Of a DNA stretch of 64,000 nucleotides, positions 12,051-24,200 are shown in pieces. The position numbers and the translations under genes were made by a program. This DNA is from Pristiophorus japonicus (lineage: Eukaryota), in NCBI RefSeq assembly GCF_044704955.1, contig NC_091979.1:316448001-316512000 (forward strand). Direction: 5' to 3'. The notes below the pieces were generated by a model. That model did not search any database, was not told the origin of the DNA, and saw nothing but the letters and a program-made list of their open reading frames with translations. Position 1 is the stretch's first letter. Each line of letters begins with the position of its first letter.

Positions 12051-12517
12051 TGTGCAAAAACACTTAAGGAGCTTGACACCATCCAGGACAAAGCAGCCTG
12101 CTTCATTGGCAGCCCTTCCATCACCTTAAACATTCACTCCCTCCACCACTAGCTCACCGTGGCTGCAGTGTGTACCATCTACAAGATGCACTGCAGCAAC
12201 TCGCCAAGGCTTCTTTGGCAGCACCTCCCAAACACGCGCCCCCAACCATCTAGAAAGACAAGGGCAGCAGGTACATGGGAACACCATCATCTCCAAGTTA
12301 CACGCCATCCTGACTTGGAAATATATCGCCGTTCCTTCATCATTGCTGGGTCAAAATCCTGGAACTCACGCCCTAACCACTGTGGGAGCACCTTCATCAT
12401 AGGGTCTGCGGCGGTTCACGATGGCGGCTCACAATAACCTGCTCAAGAGCAAGTAGTGATGGGCAATAAATGCTGGCCTTGCCAGCAATGCCCACATCCC
12501 ATGAACGAATAAAAAAA
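12051..12517 (+). mobile_element. LINE 3' end (L2/CR1 group) with A-rich tail
   Basis: LDTIQDKAA...AAVCTIYKMHCSNSPRLL-type C-terminus; ends cccacatcccatgaacgaataaaaaaa. Confidence 0.65.
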
Positions 12518-12618
12518 TATATATATACCCTGACAGGGATACGAACCAAAGGCACCAGACAAATCCTCGACTCTTCACATTAACTCCTGTCATTTACCAC
12601 CCAGTCTATGCCTGAATT

Positions 12619-14840
12619 CATTGAACCATAGAATGGTTACAGCATGGAAGAAGGCCATTCAGCCCGTCGAGCCTGTGGCGACTCTCAGGTAGTCCCACTC
12701 CCCTGCCCTTTCCCGGTATAACCGTCAATTTGTTTTTCCTTCAGATACTTATCCAATTCCCTTTTGAAAGATAAGATTGAGTCTGCCTGCACCACCCTTT
12801 CAGGCAGTGCATTCAGAACCCAACCACTCGCTGCGTACAAACATTTTTTCTTACATCACCTTTGGTTCTTTTGCCAATCACGTTGAATCTGATTCCTCTG
12901 GTTCTTGACTCTTCTGCCTATGGGAACAGTTTCTCTCTCTAGCTACTTTGTCCAGACCCCTCATTATTTTGAACACCTCTATCAAAGCTCCATCTCCATC
13001 TTCTCTGCTCCAAGGAGAAAGCCCCAGCTTCTCCAGTTGACCAACATAACTGAAGTTCCTCATTCCTGGAATCATTCTTGTTCATTTTTTCTGCAGCTTC
13101 TCTAAGGCCTTCACATCCTTCGTAATGTGTGGTGCCCAAAATTGGACACAATGCCCCAGTTGGGGCCACACCAGTGTTTTATACACGTTCATCATAATTT
13201 ACACACTTTTGTACTCTCTACCTTTATTTATGAAGCCCAGGATCCCATAAGCCTTTGTAACTGCTTTCTCATCCTGCCCTGCCACCTTCAACAATTTGTG
13301 CACACATACCCACTATTCATTCACCCTGTTTCGGATTGTACCATTTAGTTTATATGTCCTTTCCTCATTCTTGCGACCAAAATGTATCACTTCACACTTT
13401 TCTGCATTAAATTTCACCTGCATCGTGTCCGCCCATTTCACCAGCCCGTCTATGACTTGCTGAAATCGATCACTCTCCTGCTCACTGTTCACTATACTTC
13501 CAAATTTTGTCTCATCTGCAAATTTTGAAATTGTGCCCTGTGCATCCATGTCCACGTCATTATTATATATCAAGAAAAGCAGTGGTCGCAGAAGTGATCC
13601 CCGGGGAACAGCACTGTGTACCTACCTCCAGTCCTAAAAACAACCGTTAACCACTAATCTCTGAGGGCCAAATTGACCATTTTTATAGCTCCATTCGCGC
13701 TAATGGACACTAATGGGACGCAACGAGGTTATCGCCCGGGGGAAGAGGACGATAGTGCCCCCGTGGAAATTGCCCCGGAGGTTTTGGGGGTGTTGTACCG
13801 TTAACGCCGCACCCCACGATTTGTGCCCCGGGCTGGCGCATTCACGACGATGATACCATCGGCGTGCACACGGACCCGTCACCACCCCGCGCTGACCCCT
13901 TTGCGCCCGGCGGAGGAAAATACTCAGCGGGCGGCGAGGATGGCGTCGGCCGATATCACCGCCAGCTTCACGAGTCGCGAACCCGCGGACATCCACCGCC
14001 GACACTACACCCGAATGGGGAGGCCGTTTGCGCCGTGGGCCGCTTTATTTTTCTGTTACCCGACTCCCTGTCAGCCCGACAATGGTGGTCCTCGCCTCGA
14101 CAGAACCGCAATCCTGCAGCCCGGCACTCTGTTATGAGAGCCGCACTGTTGGCCCAGTCGAGGGTGTCCCTGTTGGCCCAGTGGCAGCCACCAACGGGAC
14201 TGCAGAGCACACAGCAGCCCTCCCCTTTAATTGAACCTGAGGGACATTCTGCCACATCAGTGCTAACGGAGCAGACACGAGACGCTGATGCTGCCAGCAG
14301 GGCGCTGGGCTCCAAAGTCAGGACCATCCTACTGCCCCGGGAGCGCCCCTCCACGGACACGAACAATCTCCAATGGCGCTCCACCTCTGTTGAGGGGCGG
14401 AAGGGCCAAATTCCACATCCCGGGTGGAACTCCCGAGCCGGGCACAAGGAGTCCCAGCCCCAGAAGTTTACCGCCCCCAATCAGGACGAGTGGCAATTTT
14501 ATGGAATCTGTTTCCTGTCCCTTCGCGAATTTTGTAACCATGCTGCCACTGCCCCTTTTATTCCATGGGCTTCAACGTTCCTGGCAAGTCTATTTTGTGC
14601 CAGTTTGTTGAACGCCTTTTGGAAATCGCATTACCCTCATCAACGCTCTCTGTCACCTCATCAAAAAACTTAATCAAGTTAATGAAACACTATTTGCCTT
14701 TAACAAATCCATGCTGGCTATCTTTAATTAATCCACACTTATCCAAGTGACTGTTCATTTTGTCCCTGATCACTGTTTCTCAAAGCTTCACACTACCGGG
14801 GTTAAACTCACTGCCTGTAATTGCTGGGTTTATCATTTAC
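12619..14840 (-). mobile_element. CR1 RT/3' end fragment interrupted by a GC-rich TIR-type insertion
   Basis: SKFADETK and KCEVIHFG motifs; CR1 sequence resumes at ~14508. Confidence 0.75.
13664..14507. mobile_element. Non-autonomous DNA transposon (MITE-like, possibly PIF/Harbinger)
   Basis: GC/CpG-rich block that interrupts CR1 at actaatctCTG|tttcctgtcc, with CTG on both sides. Ends are degenerate (agggccaaattgacc...ggcaatttt). Confidence 0.55.
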
Positions 14841-14873
14841 CAATATGGACCATGACCTCTGGCTGTTCACCCT

Positions 14874-15913
14874 TGTAGGCTCCGTTCCTCCCCCATCACC
14901 CCCCAACGGTAAAAATTGGACTATTAAATATAAAAACTCAGAACTGCATTACAGCCCACAAAAAGAGTTGGGCAGCAAAGGGTTAATTCTAACATTGCAG
15001 CAAAACCATGAGACACCATCAGAGACAATGATGCAGGCTAACTGCCATTTGATCTAATCAACACAGACAATAGCACCAGAAGAGAGACATTCACACCTTC
15101 AATGGTTTCTGTCTGAAAAGATACAGGACCATTCACATATTCATTTACCTTCAGGGGTTACATTGTTAAAGAGGCGTACCTTAGACCATGGTCCCAGAAA
15201 GGCTGGTATCAGTGCAGGCCGAGACTAGGCCCTGAACCATTTGAATAAGAATGCGACTGGAAACCAACAATGAAGTCACCTTGGGAAGGTTATATTGTCA
15301 GAAAGGACTTCACACGACAGACAGGCGGTGGCCAGAGTAATCATGGACAATGACTCTAAATGAGGGACAATTAGCCACCAAGAATTCCCTGCTAGAGACA
15401 TTCACACATTTGATGCTGCCATTGTCTTCACAGGAGGGAAAGGAAATCTGTTTAGAGGTTGCAAATTGGTCTTTGGTATAAAGAAGAGCCATTTCCGAGG
15501 GGAAAGCCAGTACAGGAACAGTATCGAAACAGCAACAGACAGCAGTGTGTCTTCGGGACGCAAGCTGCAACTAAGATCTGGGCCTACAGTCAACCTCAGC
15601 AGACAGCCGGGGAATTGGTGATTGTACGTTTCCAGTCAAATCATAGAAGGGTTTTGTGATTTAATCTGGGTAAGTTTACAGGTAACAGTCAAACCGCGGA
15701 CGGGTTTCACCATGTCATATTGTGCTGATGCAAATGACCCTTTCATAGGGGTTTGTATTTTGGGGTTAATCCGTCCAATAAAAATCGTAGGGATTTATAC
15801 TGGGCAGTAATTGTGTGTATGTTCAATACATGAACAAATCTTCGTTGATCCAAAACCCTGAGCCGTGTGTATTTTGTTCTTTATAAATCCTGAAGTCAAA
15901 GAACTGTGTATAA
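14874..15913 (+). mobile_element. Possible solo LTR
   Basis: ~1 kb non-coding block starting TGT, with AATAAA near its 3' end (15777) and a T/G-rich U5-like tail. No TSD or CA end seen. Confidence 0.35.
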
Positions 15914-15929
15914 TGGGGAACTAGATTTA

Positions 15930-16525
15930 GAAATACTTACACCCTCCCCTCTCAGAATGTTCTGCAGTCGCTCAGAGACATCCTTAACCCTGGCTACAGG
16001 GAGGCAACACTTTATCCTGGAGTCCCGCCTGCAGCCGCAGAAATGCCTCTCTGCTCCTGTAATGATCGAATCCTCTACTACTATTGCTCTCCCTCTCTCC
16101 TTTCTCCCCCCTGTACAGCTGAGCCACCCGTGGTGCTGTGTACTTTGCTCTGAAACCCAGAGGAGCCATCGCCCTCACCAGTACTCAGAACAGAACCCAG
16201 ATTGGAAAGCGAGATGCACACAGGAGAGTCCTGCACTACATGCCTGGTCTTCCTCTTCTGTCTGGCAGTCACCCATTTCCTCCCTGGCTGCTCACTCCTA
16301 GGGTGCTGAGTGACCATCTCCTGAAACATGCTATTCCCGAAGTTCTCAGCCTAACGGATGCACCGCAGTGATGCCCGTTGCTACTCAAGCTCCAAAACCC
16401 GGAGCTCGAGCTCCTCCAGCTGACGACACTTCCTACACATGTGTTTGTCCAGGACACGGGAAGTGTCCTGGAGTTCCCACATGGCAGAGTGTGCATACCA
16501 CGGGACTGAGCTGCCCTGTCATGCC
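15930..16525 (-). mobile_element. CR1 ORF1 fragment (zinc finger, leucine zipper, SGNH-esterase start)
   Basis: CTLC...CRKC...LELRVLELE, WVTAR..R...VQDSPV.ISLSN and CCLP.ARVKDVSERLQNIL, all typical of vertebrate CR1 ORF1. Confidence 0.7.
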
Positions 16526-16529
16526 TCTA

Positions 16530-19500
16530 TTGAGAAAATAGGAGCAATAGTAGGCCATTCGGCCCTTCGAGCCTGCACCACCATTCAATATGATCATGGC
16601 TGATCCTCTATCTCAACACCATATTCTCGCTTTCTCCCCATGCCCCTTGATGCCTTTTGTGTCAAGTGAAGAAATTTCTCCACATCTCAGTCCGAAATTT
16701 CCTACCCTGTATCCTGAGACTGTGACCTCTTGTTCCAGACTTCCCAGCCACCGGAAAGATCCTCCCCGCATCCAGTCTGCCCAACCCCATCAGAATTTTA
16801 TACGTTTCAATGAAGACAGGCCGAGTTGACCCAATCTCTCCTCATACGACAGTCCTGCCATCCCAGGAATCAGTCTGGTGAACCTTCGTTGCACTCCCTC
16901 TATGGCAAGTATATCCTTTTTTAGGTAAGGAGATCAAAACTGCACACAATATTCCAGGTATGGTCTCACCAAGGCTCTGTATAACTGTAGTAAGACATCC
17001 TTGCTCCTGTACTCAAATCCTCTTGCAATGAAGGTCAACATACCATCTTCCTTACTAACTGCTGACTGCACCGGCATGTTTGCTTTCAATGACTGATGTA
17101 CAAGGACACCCAGGTCCCTTTATACATCGACATTTCCCAAGCTATCACCATTTAAATAATACTTTGTCTTTATGTTTTTTCTGCCAAAGTGGATAACTTC
17201 ACATTTATCCACATTATTCTGCATCTGCCATGTGTTTGCCCACTCACTCAACCTATCTAAATCACCTTGCAGAGTCTTTGCATCCTCCTCACAACTCACA
17301 ATCCCACCTAGTTTTGTGTCGTCAGCAAACTTGGAAATTTTGCAATAGGTTCCCTCATCCAAATCATTTATATATATATTTTGAATAGCTGAGGCCTAAG
17401 CACGGATCCTTGTGGTACCCCACTAGTCACTGCCCGCCACCCCGAAAAAGACCCGTTTATTCCTACTCTCTATTTCCTGTCAGTTAACCAATTTTCAATC
17501 CCATGCCAGTATATTGCCCCCAATCCTATGTGCTTTAATTTTGCACACTAATGTCTTATGTGGGATTTTATCAAAGGCCTTCTGAAAATCCAAATACACT
17601 ACATCCACTGGTTCTCCCTTATCTATTCTATCAGTTACATCCTCAAAAAACTCCAGTAGGTTTGTCAAACTCAATTTTCCTTTCACAAATCCATGTTGAT
17701 TTTGTCTAATCCTTTTGATAGTTTCTAAGTGTGCCGTTATCACATCCTACATAATAGACTCTAGCATTTTTTCCTACTATTGTTGTTAGGCTAACCGGTG
17801 TGTAGTTCCCTGTTTTCTCTCTCCCTCCTTTTTTAAATAGTGGGGTTACATTTGCCACCCTCCAATCTGCAGGAACTGTTCCATAATCTATAGAATTTTG
17901 GAAAATGACAACCAATGCAGCCACTATTTCCATGGCTACCTCTTTTAGTTCTCTGGGATGCAGATTATCAGGCCCTGGGGATTTATCGGCCCTCAGTCCT
18001 ATTAGTTTCTCCAGCACTATTTTCTTACCAATAATCATTTCCTTTAATTCCTCTTGCTCACTAGACCCTTGGTTCCCTAGCATTTCTGGGATGTTATTTG
18101 TGTCGTCTTGCGTGAAGACAGAACCAAAGTATTTATTTAATTGTTCTGCCATTTCCTTGTTTCCCATTATAAATTCTCCCGTTTCTGACTGTAAAGGATC
18201 TAAATTTGTCTTCACTAATCTTTTTCTTTTTACATACTTGTAGAAACTTTTGCAGTCGGTTTTTATGTTCCTTGCAAATTTACTCTCATACTCTATTTTT
18301 CCTTTCTTAATCAATCTCTTGGTCCTTTTTTGCTGAATTCTGAACTGCTCCCAATAATCCTCAGGCTTCCTACTTTTTCTGGCAACTTTGTATGACCCCT
18401 CTGTGGATAGAAACATAGAAACATAGAAAGTAGGTGCAGGAGAAGGCCATTCGGCCCTTCGAGCCTGCACCACCATTCAATATGATCATGGTTGATCATG
18501 CAACTTCAGTACCCCATTCCTGCTTTCTCTCCATACCCCTTGATCCCTTTAGCCATAAGGGCCACATCTAACTCTCTTTTGAATATATCTAACAAACTGG
18601 CCTCAACAACTTTCTGTGGTAGAGAATTCCACAGGTTCACCACTCTCTGGGTGAAGAGGTTTCTCCTCATCTCGGTCCTAAATGGCTTAATCCTTATCCT
18701 TAGACTGTGACCCCTGGTTCTGGACTTCCTCAACATCGGGAACATTCTTCCTGCATCTAACCTGTCCAATCCCGTCAGAATTTTATATGTTTCTATGAGA
18801 TCCCCTCTCATACTTCTAAATTCCAGTGAATATAAGCCTAGTCGATAAAGTCTTTCTTCATATGTCAGTTTTGCCATCCCGGGAATCAATCTGGTGAACC
18901 TTCGCTGCACTCCCTCAATAGCAAGAATGTCCTTCCTCAGATTAGGAGACCAAAACTGCACACAATACTCAAGGTGTGGTCTCACCAAGGCCCTGTACAA
19001 CTGTAGTAAGACCTCCCTGCTCCTATACTCAAATGCCATTTGCCTTCTTTACTGCCTGCTGTACCTGCATGCCGACCTTCAATGACTGATGTACCATGAT
19101 ACCCAGGTCTCGTTGCACCTACCCTTTTCTTAATCGGTCACCATTCAGATAATAATCTGCCTTCCTGTTTTTGCAAGCAAAGTGGATAACCTCACTTATT
19201 ACTATCCTTAATTTCTTTTGCTAGCCATGGTCGGGCCACTTTTCCTTTTGTGTTTTTGCACCAGAAAGGAATGTATAACTGTTGCATTTCATGCATTCGT
19301 TCCTTAAATGTTAGCCATTGCCTATCCACCATCATGCCTTTTAATGAATCTTCCCAATCTATCATAGCCAATTCATTCCTCATACCTTCATAGTTTCCTG
19401 TGTTTAGATTTAGGATACTAGTTTTGGATTGGACTACTTCACTTTCTATCTTAATAAAGAATTCTATCATGTTATGGTCACTCTTCCCTGAAGGACCGCG

Positions 19501-19860
19501 CACAACAAGACTATTAATTAATGTCATCTCATTGCAGAATATTCAATCTAGGATAGCCTGTTCCCTCATAGACTGCTCAACATACTGGTCTAAAAAATCA
19601 TCTTGTACAGACATATTTAATAGACTATGAACTAACCTGGGAGAAATAAACTTTAAATTTAAAAAAAACACTCACCAGCTACTCACCAATCAGCTGCTTC
19701 CTTTGTGCCGACGTCATTTTGGCTTTTTTACTCTGACGTCACTATTTCAAATTCAGCCTGTGTTGAGTTGCTCAGCACTCGCTCTCGCTCTTGCTCTGGT
19801 CCGCCTCAGCTCCAATCATTTACCAGCTGTCCTGTGATGTCACTGCTGGATCTTTCTCCT
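16530..19860 (-). mobile_element. CR1 ORF2 remnants with a nested CR1 3' end (~18408-19193) and a 5'-UTR-like segment
   Basis: [40 protein letters not shown] and SDHNMIEF motifs; (AGAAACAT)n tail at ~18408. Confidence 0.85.
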
Positions 19861-20338
19861 CTCTGCTCCTCCAATGCTGCTGCTGATTAGGTTTACGCTG
19901 GTCTCTCCTCTGCTGATCAAATCTTGCCCCTCCTCAGATGCTGCTGCTGATTAGGTCTACACTGGTCTCTCCTCTGCTGTTTAAATCTTGTCCCTCCTCC
20001 AATGCTGCTGCTGATTAGGTCTACACTGGTCTCTCCTCTGCTGTTCAAATCTTGTCCCTCCTCCAATGCTGCTGCTGATTAGGTTTACACTGGTCTCTCC
20101 TCTGCTGTTTAAATCTTGCCCCTCCTCCAATGCTGCTGCTGATTAGGTCTACACTGGTCTCTCCTCTGCTGTTTAAATCTTGCCCCTCCTCCAATGCTGC
20201 TGCTGATTAGGTCTACACTGGTCTCTCCTCTGCTGTTCAAATCTTGTCCCTCCTCCAATGCTGCTGCTGATTAGGTCTACACTGGTCTCTCCTCTGCTGT
20301 TTCAATCTTGCCCCTCCTCCAATGCTGCTGCTGATTAG
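19855..20338. repeat. 64-bp minisatellite, ~7.5 units
   Basis: gattag recurs at 19885, 19949, 20013, 20077, 20141, 20205, 20269 and 20333 (exact 64-bp period). Confidence 0.95.
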
Positions 20339-20579
20339 AATTTAACTCACAAAACTAACATTAACCAGTTCAGAATGTATTAGTGTAAATGCTATCAACC
20401 TCCAATGAGGATCTGCATGAGCTATTGAGTGACTGAATTAATTCTTGACAATTATGAAAGAGGAAGTCAGACAATAAAGTCTACATAATAGGATCCCAAT
20501 TAACATTCGTTTAAGAGGCTATCACCTGAGACGGGGTGCGGGGGGAGTATAGTCAGGATGTTCTGGGGTCTTTGTGGGC

Positions 20580-21900
20580 CCGATCAGAGGCCGGTTAGTT
20601 GGCTGCAGAGTTCAGAGGATGGGTGGCTGCTTGTGCTGCAATGGAAGTGGTGACACTGGCCATCAGATGCTGCATCATGGTTGGGTCCACAAGTGTGCGA
20701 ACAGAGTTTGCCACCACTTCCATGCCCTGTGCCAAGCTGGTGAAGACTCCTCCATGCTCCGTGACATTGACCACAGGCTTTCTGGCAGGCCTGCCAATGC
20801 ACCAAGCCTTCATTGTGCAAACCCGTCAGCGTTCCTCTGTCGGCTGCCCCATCGAATTCCGTATCTGAGTCCTCGGCAATGAAACCTGTCTGTGCCCTCG
20901 CCCTCCGGTGAGCTGGCACCTGTGCTATCCTTGCCACCTGCCCTGGCTGCAACCCACACGTGCTCGGTGTCTCACCACGTGCAGATCCCGCCTCTAATCT
21001 ATCCTCTAACATAGCAGTGTCAGTATCTGAGCCGGTGGCTGTGAGTGTGAAATCAAGTGACGGTCACTCTCTTCTTGCTGTTCCTCCACTGCCTGGGCAG
21101 ATTGCAACTCTTGTGTATCTGAAAGGAAAAAGGCACAAGAATAAGTTGTGGTGCAAGGAAGTGAGGGGAAAGTAAGAGGTACGTGCTTACACCATCTGCA
21201 GCTTGTAAATCAGATTGTGGGACGAGAGGAAAATGGGATGGTTTTAGCCCTGCCGCTGGCCACTTGCTCAACTTTGGGCATTTCAATAAAGGCCGGCACC
21301 ATCTCCTCCACGGGTGTTAGGACATGCAGACGCGCCTGTCCCCTCCAGTTAGCATCTGCTGCATTTGGTTGTATGCCACCTTGTCCAGTGAGAGAGAGGG
21401 AAGTGTGTCAGTGACTGTCGTGCAAACTGTTTGGCTGATGTGGCTGTCATGGTTGAATAGCTGGCTGAGTGTGCAAGCTGTGAGATGTCGGAGTTCAGTG
21501 TGTGAGGGCGAAGTGAAGCTACGGATGTGAGGTATGAGGCCTGTTGGTTGTTGTAGAGATTGTTGGTAGGTGAGCGATGGGGATGTGGTGAATTGAGCAG
21601 TGGGTGTGGCTCGTGTTGCAGTTGGGAAGACATGGCATTTGAAGATGCATTCACTGACCTTGACCACTCATGTGAGGTCATTGAACTTCTTGCAGCACTG
21701 TATCCAGGTCCTCGGGGCTTGACTCCGGGCACTGACCACCACGGCTATCTGCTTCCACTTCCTTTTGACCATGTGTCTGGAGGGCCTCCGGCCCCACTGT
21801 GGATACAGAACATCTCGCCTCCTTTCCACCTCCTCCAACAAGACCTCCAGTTCTCCATCCGACAAACTTGGTGCCCGCTAGCTCCCCTGTTGTGTGGTTA
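20580..21900 (-). pseudogene. Decayed, spliced Myb/SANT-like DNA-binding gene of PIF/Harbinger type
   Basis: RAPSLSDGELEVLLEEVERRRDVLY...WKQIAVVVSARSQAPRTWIQCCKKFNDL (21668-21880), then a GTCAGT donor and a next exon DKVAYNQ...TGG. In-frame stops present. Confidence 0.7.
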
Positions 21901-22446
21901 GCACTAGTTGGATACACAGATCATTCAAATGAGCAGGCAGCACAAAGTTGACTTGCTGCCTGCATTGCAATCAACAGCCGCGGGTTAATCGCACTTCATG
22001 ATCCCTGCATCCATCTTTTATGAATGGGAAATCGTGTTTGACAAACCTGTTTTGAGTTTTTTGAAGATGTAACTTGCAGGATGGATAAGGGGGAAACCAG
22101 TGGGTGTAGTGTATTTGGATTTTCAAAAAACATTCGATAAGGTGTCACACCAGAGGTTATTACACAAAATTACGTCTCATGGTATTGGGGGTAATATATT
22201 AGCATGGATTGAAACTGGTTAATGGACAGAAAACAGAGAGTAGGAATAAACAAGAATGTTTAAGTTTGGCAGGCTGTGACTAGAGGGGTACCACAAGGTT
22301 CAGTGCTTGGGCCTCAGCTATTTACAATCTATATTAATGACTTCGATGAAGGGACGGTGTAAAACGTATCCAACTTTGCTGATGATACAAAGTTAGGTGG
22401 GAAAGCAAGCTGAGAGGAGCACACAAAGAGGCTGCAGAGAGATAAA

Positions 22447-23465
22447 GGCCCCTATTTTCTATTTGCTGGATTTTTGGTGCCCACACATGTTAATGTATGA
22501 TTTTTTTCTGTGCGTTTGCGGCAGAGAAAAAAAATTGGGACTTTCGTCAAAGAAATATTTGAATTTGGTGCAACGCTCTCCGAAGTTAGTTTGGGGCGGA
22601 GCTACAAGTCTACGGTAAAAACTCTCTGGGCATGCGCAAAAAGCTGAAGTTGCCAGGACAACCAGAGACGCTGATGCAAGCTGAAACCCGCTCCCCTGAA
22701 AGGACTGCTCCCCACCGGCGGGACCCGCTGCAATCTCCGGCCGAATGGCCCTCCGGCTCCTGAACTTCAACTCGCAGGGTGACCGGGGGGCCATTCAGTC
22801 CGGGATTGTAGTGGGTCCAGCCGGTGGGGAACAGTCCTTTCAGGGGATTGTAGTGGGTCCAGCCGGTGATGAACAGTCCTTTCAGGGGATTGTAGTGGGT
22901 CCAGCCGGTGGGGAACAGTCCTTTCAGGGGATTGTAGTGGGTCCAGCCGGTGAGGAACAGTCCTTTCAGGGGATTGTACTGGGTCCAGCCGGTGGGGAAC
23001 AGTCCTTTCAGGGGATTGTAGTGGGTCCAGCCGGTGGGGAACAGTCCTTTCAGGGGATTGTACTGGGTCCAGCCGGTGAGGAACAGTCCTTTCGGGGGGA
23101 TTGTAGTGGGTCCAGCCGGTGGGGAACAGTCCTTTCAGGGGATTGTACTGGGTCCAGCCCGTGGGGAACAGTTCTTTCGGGGGGATTGTAGTGGGTCCAG
23201 CCGGTGAGGAACAGTTCTTTCGGGAGATTGTAGTGGGTCCAGCCAGTGGGGAACAGTCCTTTCGGAGGATTGTACTGGGTCCAGCCAGTGGGGAACAGTC
23301 CTTTCGGGGGGATTGTAGTGGGTCCAGCCGGTGGGGAAAAGTCCTTTCGGGAGATTGTAGTGGGTCCAGCCAGTGGGGAACAGTCCTTTCGGCCGGGGAT
23401 TGTAGCGGGAGGAGCAGTCCTTTTGACCGGAAATGTTCTTCCCTTGCTCCACAAAGAGTTCCCCG
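22447..23465. mobile_element. Non-autonomous TIR-type element carrying a minisatellite
   Basis: Starts ggcccctatttt and shares aagttagtttgg with the 56028 and 61604 elements. Right end not identified. Confidence 0.45.
22802..23410. repeat. 42-bp minisatellite, ~14 full units plus a partial one
   Basis: Unit gggattgtagtgggtccagccggtggggaacagtcctttcag, counted directly. Confidence 0.95.
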
Positions 23466-23939
23466 TGAAAAAAAGATAATTTGTTTTAACACAATTGAAA
23501 AATTGAAAGATATAAAATTCTTACGGGGCTTGACAGGGTTAATGCTGGGGGGTTAATGCTGGGTAAATATTTTCCCTGTCTGGGGAATTTAGAACACAGG
23601 GTCACAGTCACAGAATAAGGGATAGGCAATTTAGGACTGAGATGAGGAGAAATGTCTTCACTCAAAGGGGTGTGAACCTTGGCAATTCTCTACCCCAGAG
23701 AGCTGTGGATGCTCAGTCGTTGAGTATATTCAAGACAGAGGCCGATAAAATTTTGGGAACAAAGGGAATTAAAGGATATGGGGATAGTGCGGGAAGGTGG
23801 AATTGAGGTACATCAGTCATGATCTCATTGAATGGCGGAGCAGGCTCGAAGGGCCAAATGGCCTCCTCCTGCTCTGATTTTGAATGTTCTTATGTCTTCG
23901 GGGCTGTCCAATTTAGCCCCCCGCCCCTCCGCCCTCCCA

Positions 23940-24200
23940 CACACAGGTGTCTGTGCAGCCCCTCCAATACCTTAAAACTAGTTTCCAGCATTGCACAGAC
24001 CTGGGACAATACCTCCACAGAAAAGCTGAACCCTTCCAGGGGCTGCTTTTCCAATAGGTCTAAATATGATGTGAGGCGTCTGCAGCCTCTCCCAATGTTA
24101 GATTCTTCCATTGTCCCATTCCTCTGGATCTTCCCAACCATTCCTCCCTCACCTTTCTCTAATAGCACTGTGGCTACAGCTAGCAGTGTAAGGGCCATGT
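23940..24200 (-). pseudogene. Possible relic of a Harbinger (HARBI1-like) transposase N-terminus (also at ~45770-46030 and partly 1-135)
   Basis: RRLTSYLDLLEKQPLEGFSFSVEVLSQVCAMLE resembles the SYLxLSExQCxxRxRFxxExxxxLCxxL motif, judged from memory. Confidence 0.35.

Larger units (their letters stand above)
22010..23895 (+). mobile_element. CR1 RT/3' end fragment interrupted by a TIR-type element
   Basis: GKSCLTNL, VYLDFQK and FADDTK-like sequence at 22026-22400; CR1 3' UTR at 23570-23895. Confidence 0.75.

Noticed and set aside
13700-14673. Overlapping ORFs up to 269 aa / apparent CpG island
   Set aside because: Lies in a GC-rich MITE; the long ORF is broken by a stop in the unit 2 copy.
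19855-20338. CRISPR-like 64-bp periodicity
   Set aside because: Whole units are repeated and there are no variable spacers.
22802-23410. CRISPR-like array or repeat-protein ORFs (ERTVPHRLDPLQSP)n
   Set aside because: Contiguous tandem units with no unique spacers and no cas genes, in a eukaryotic context. The ORFs arise from the 42-bp periodicity and are frameshifted between copies.
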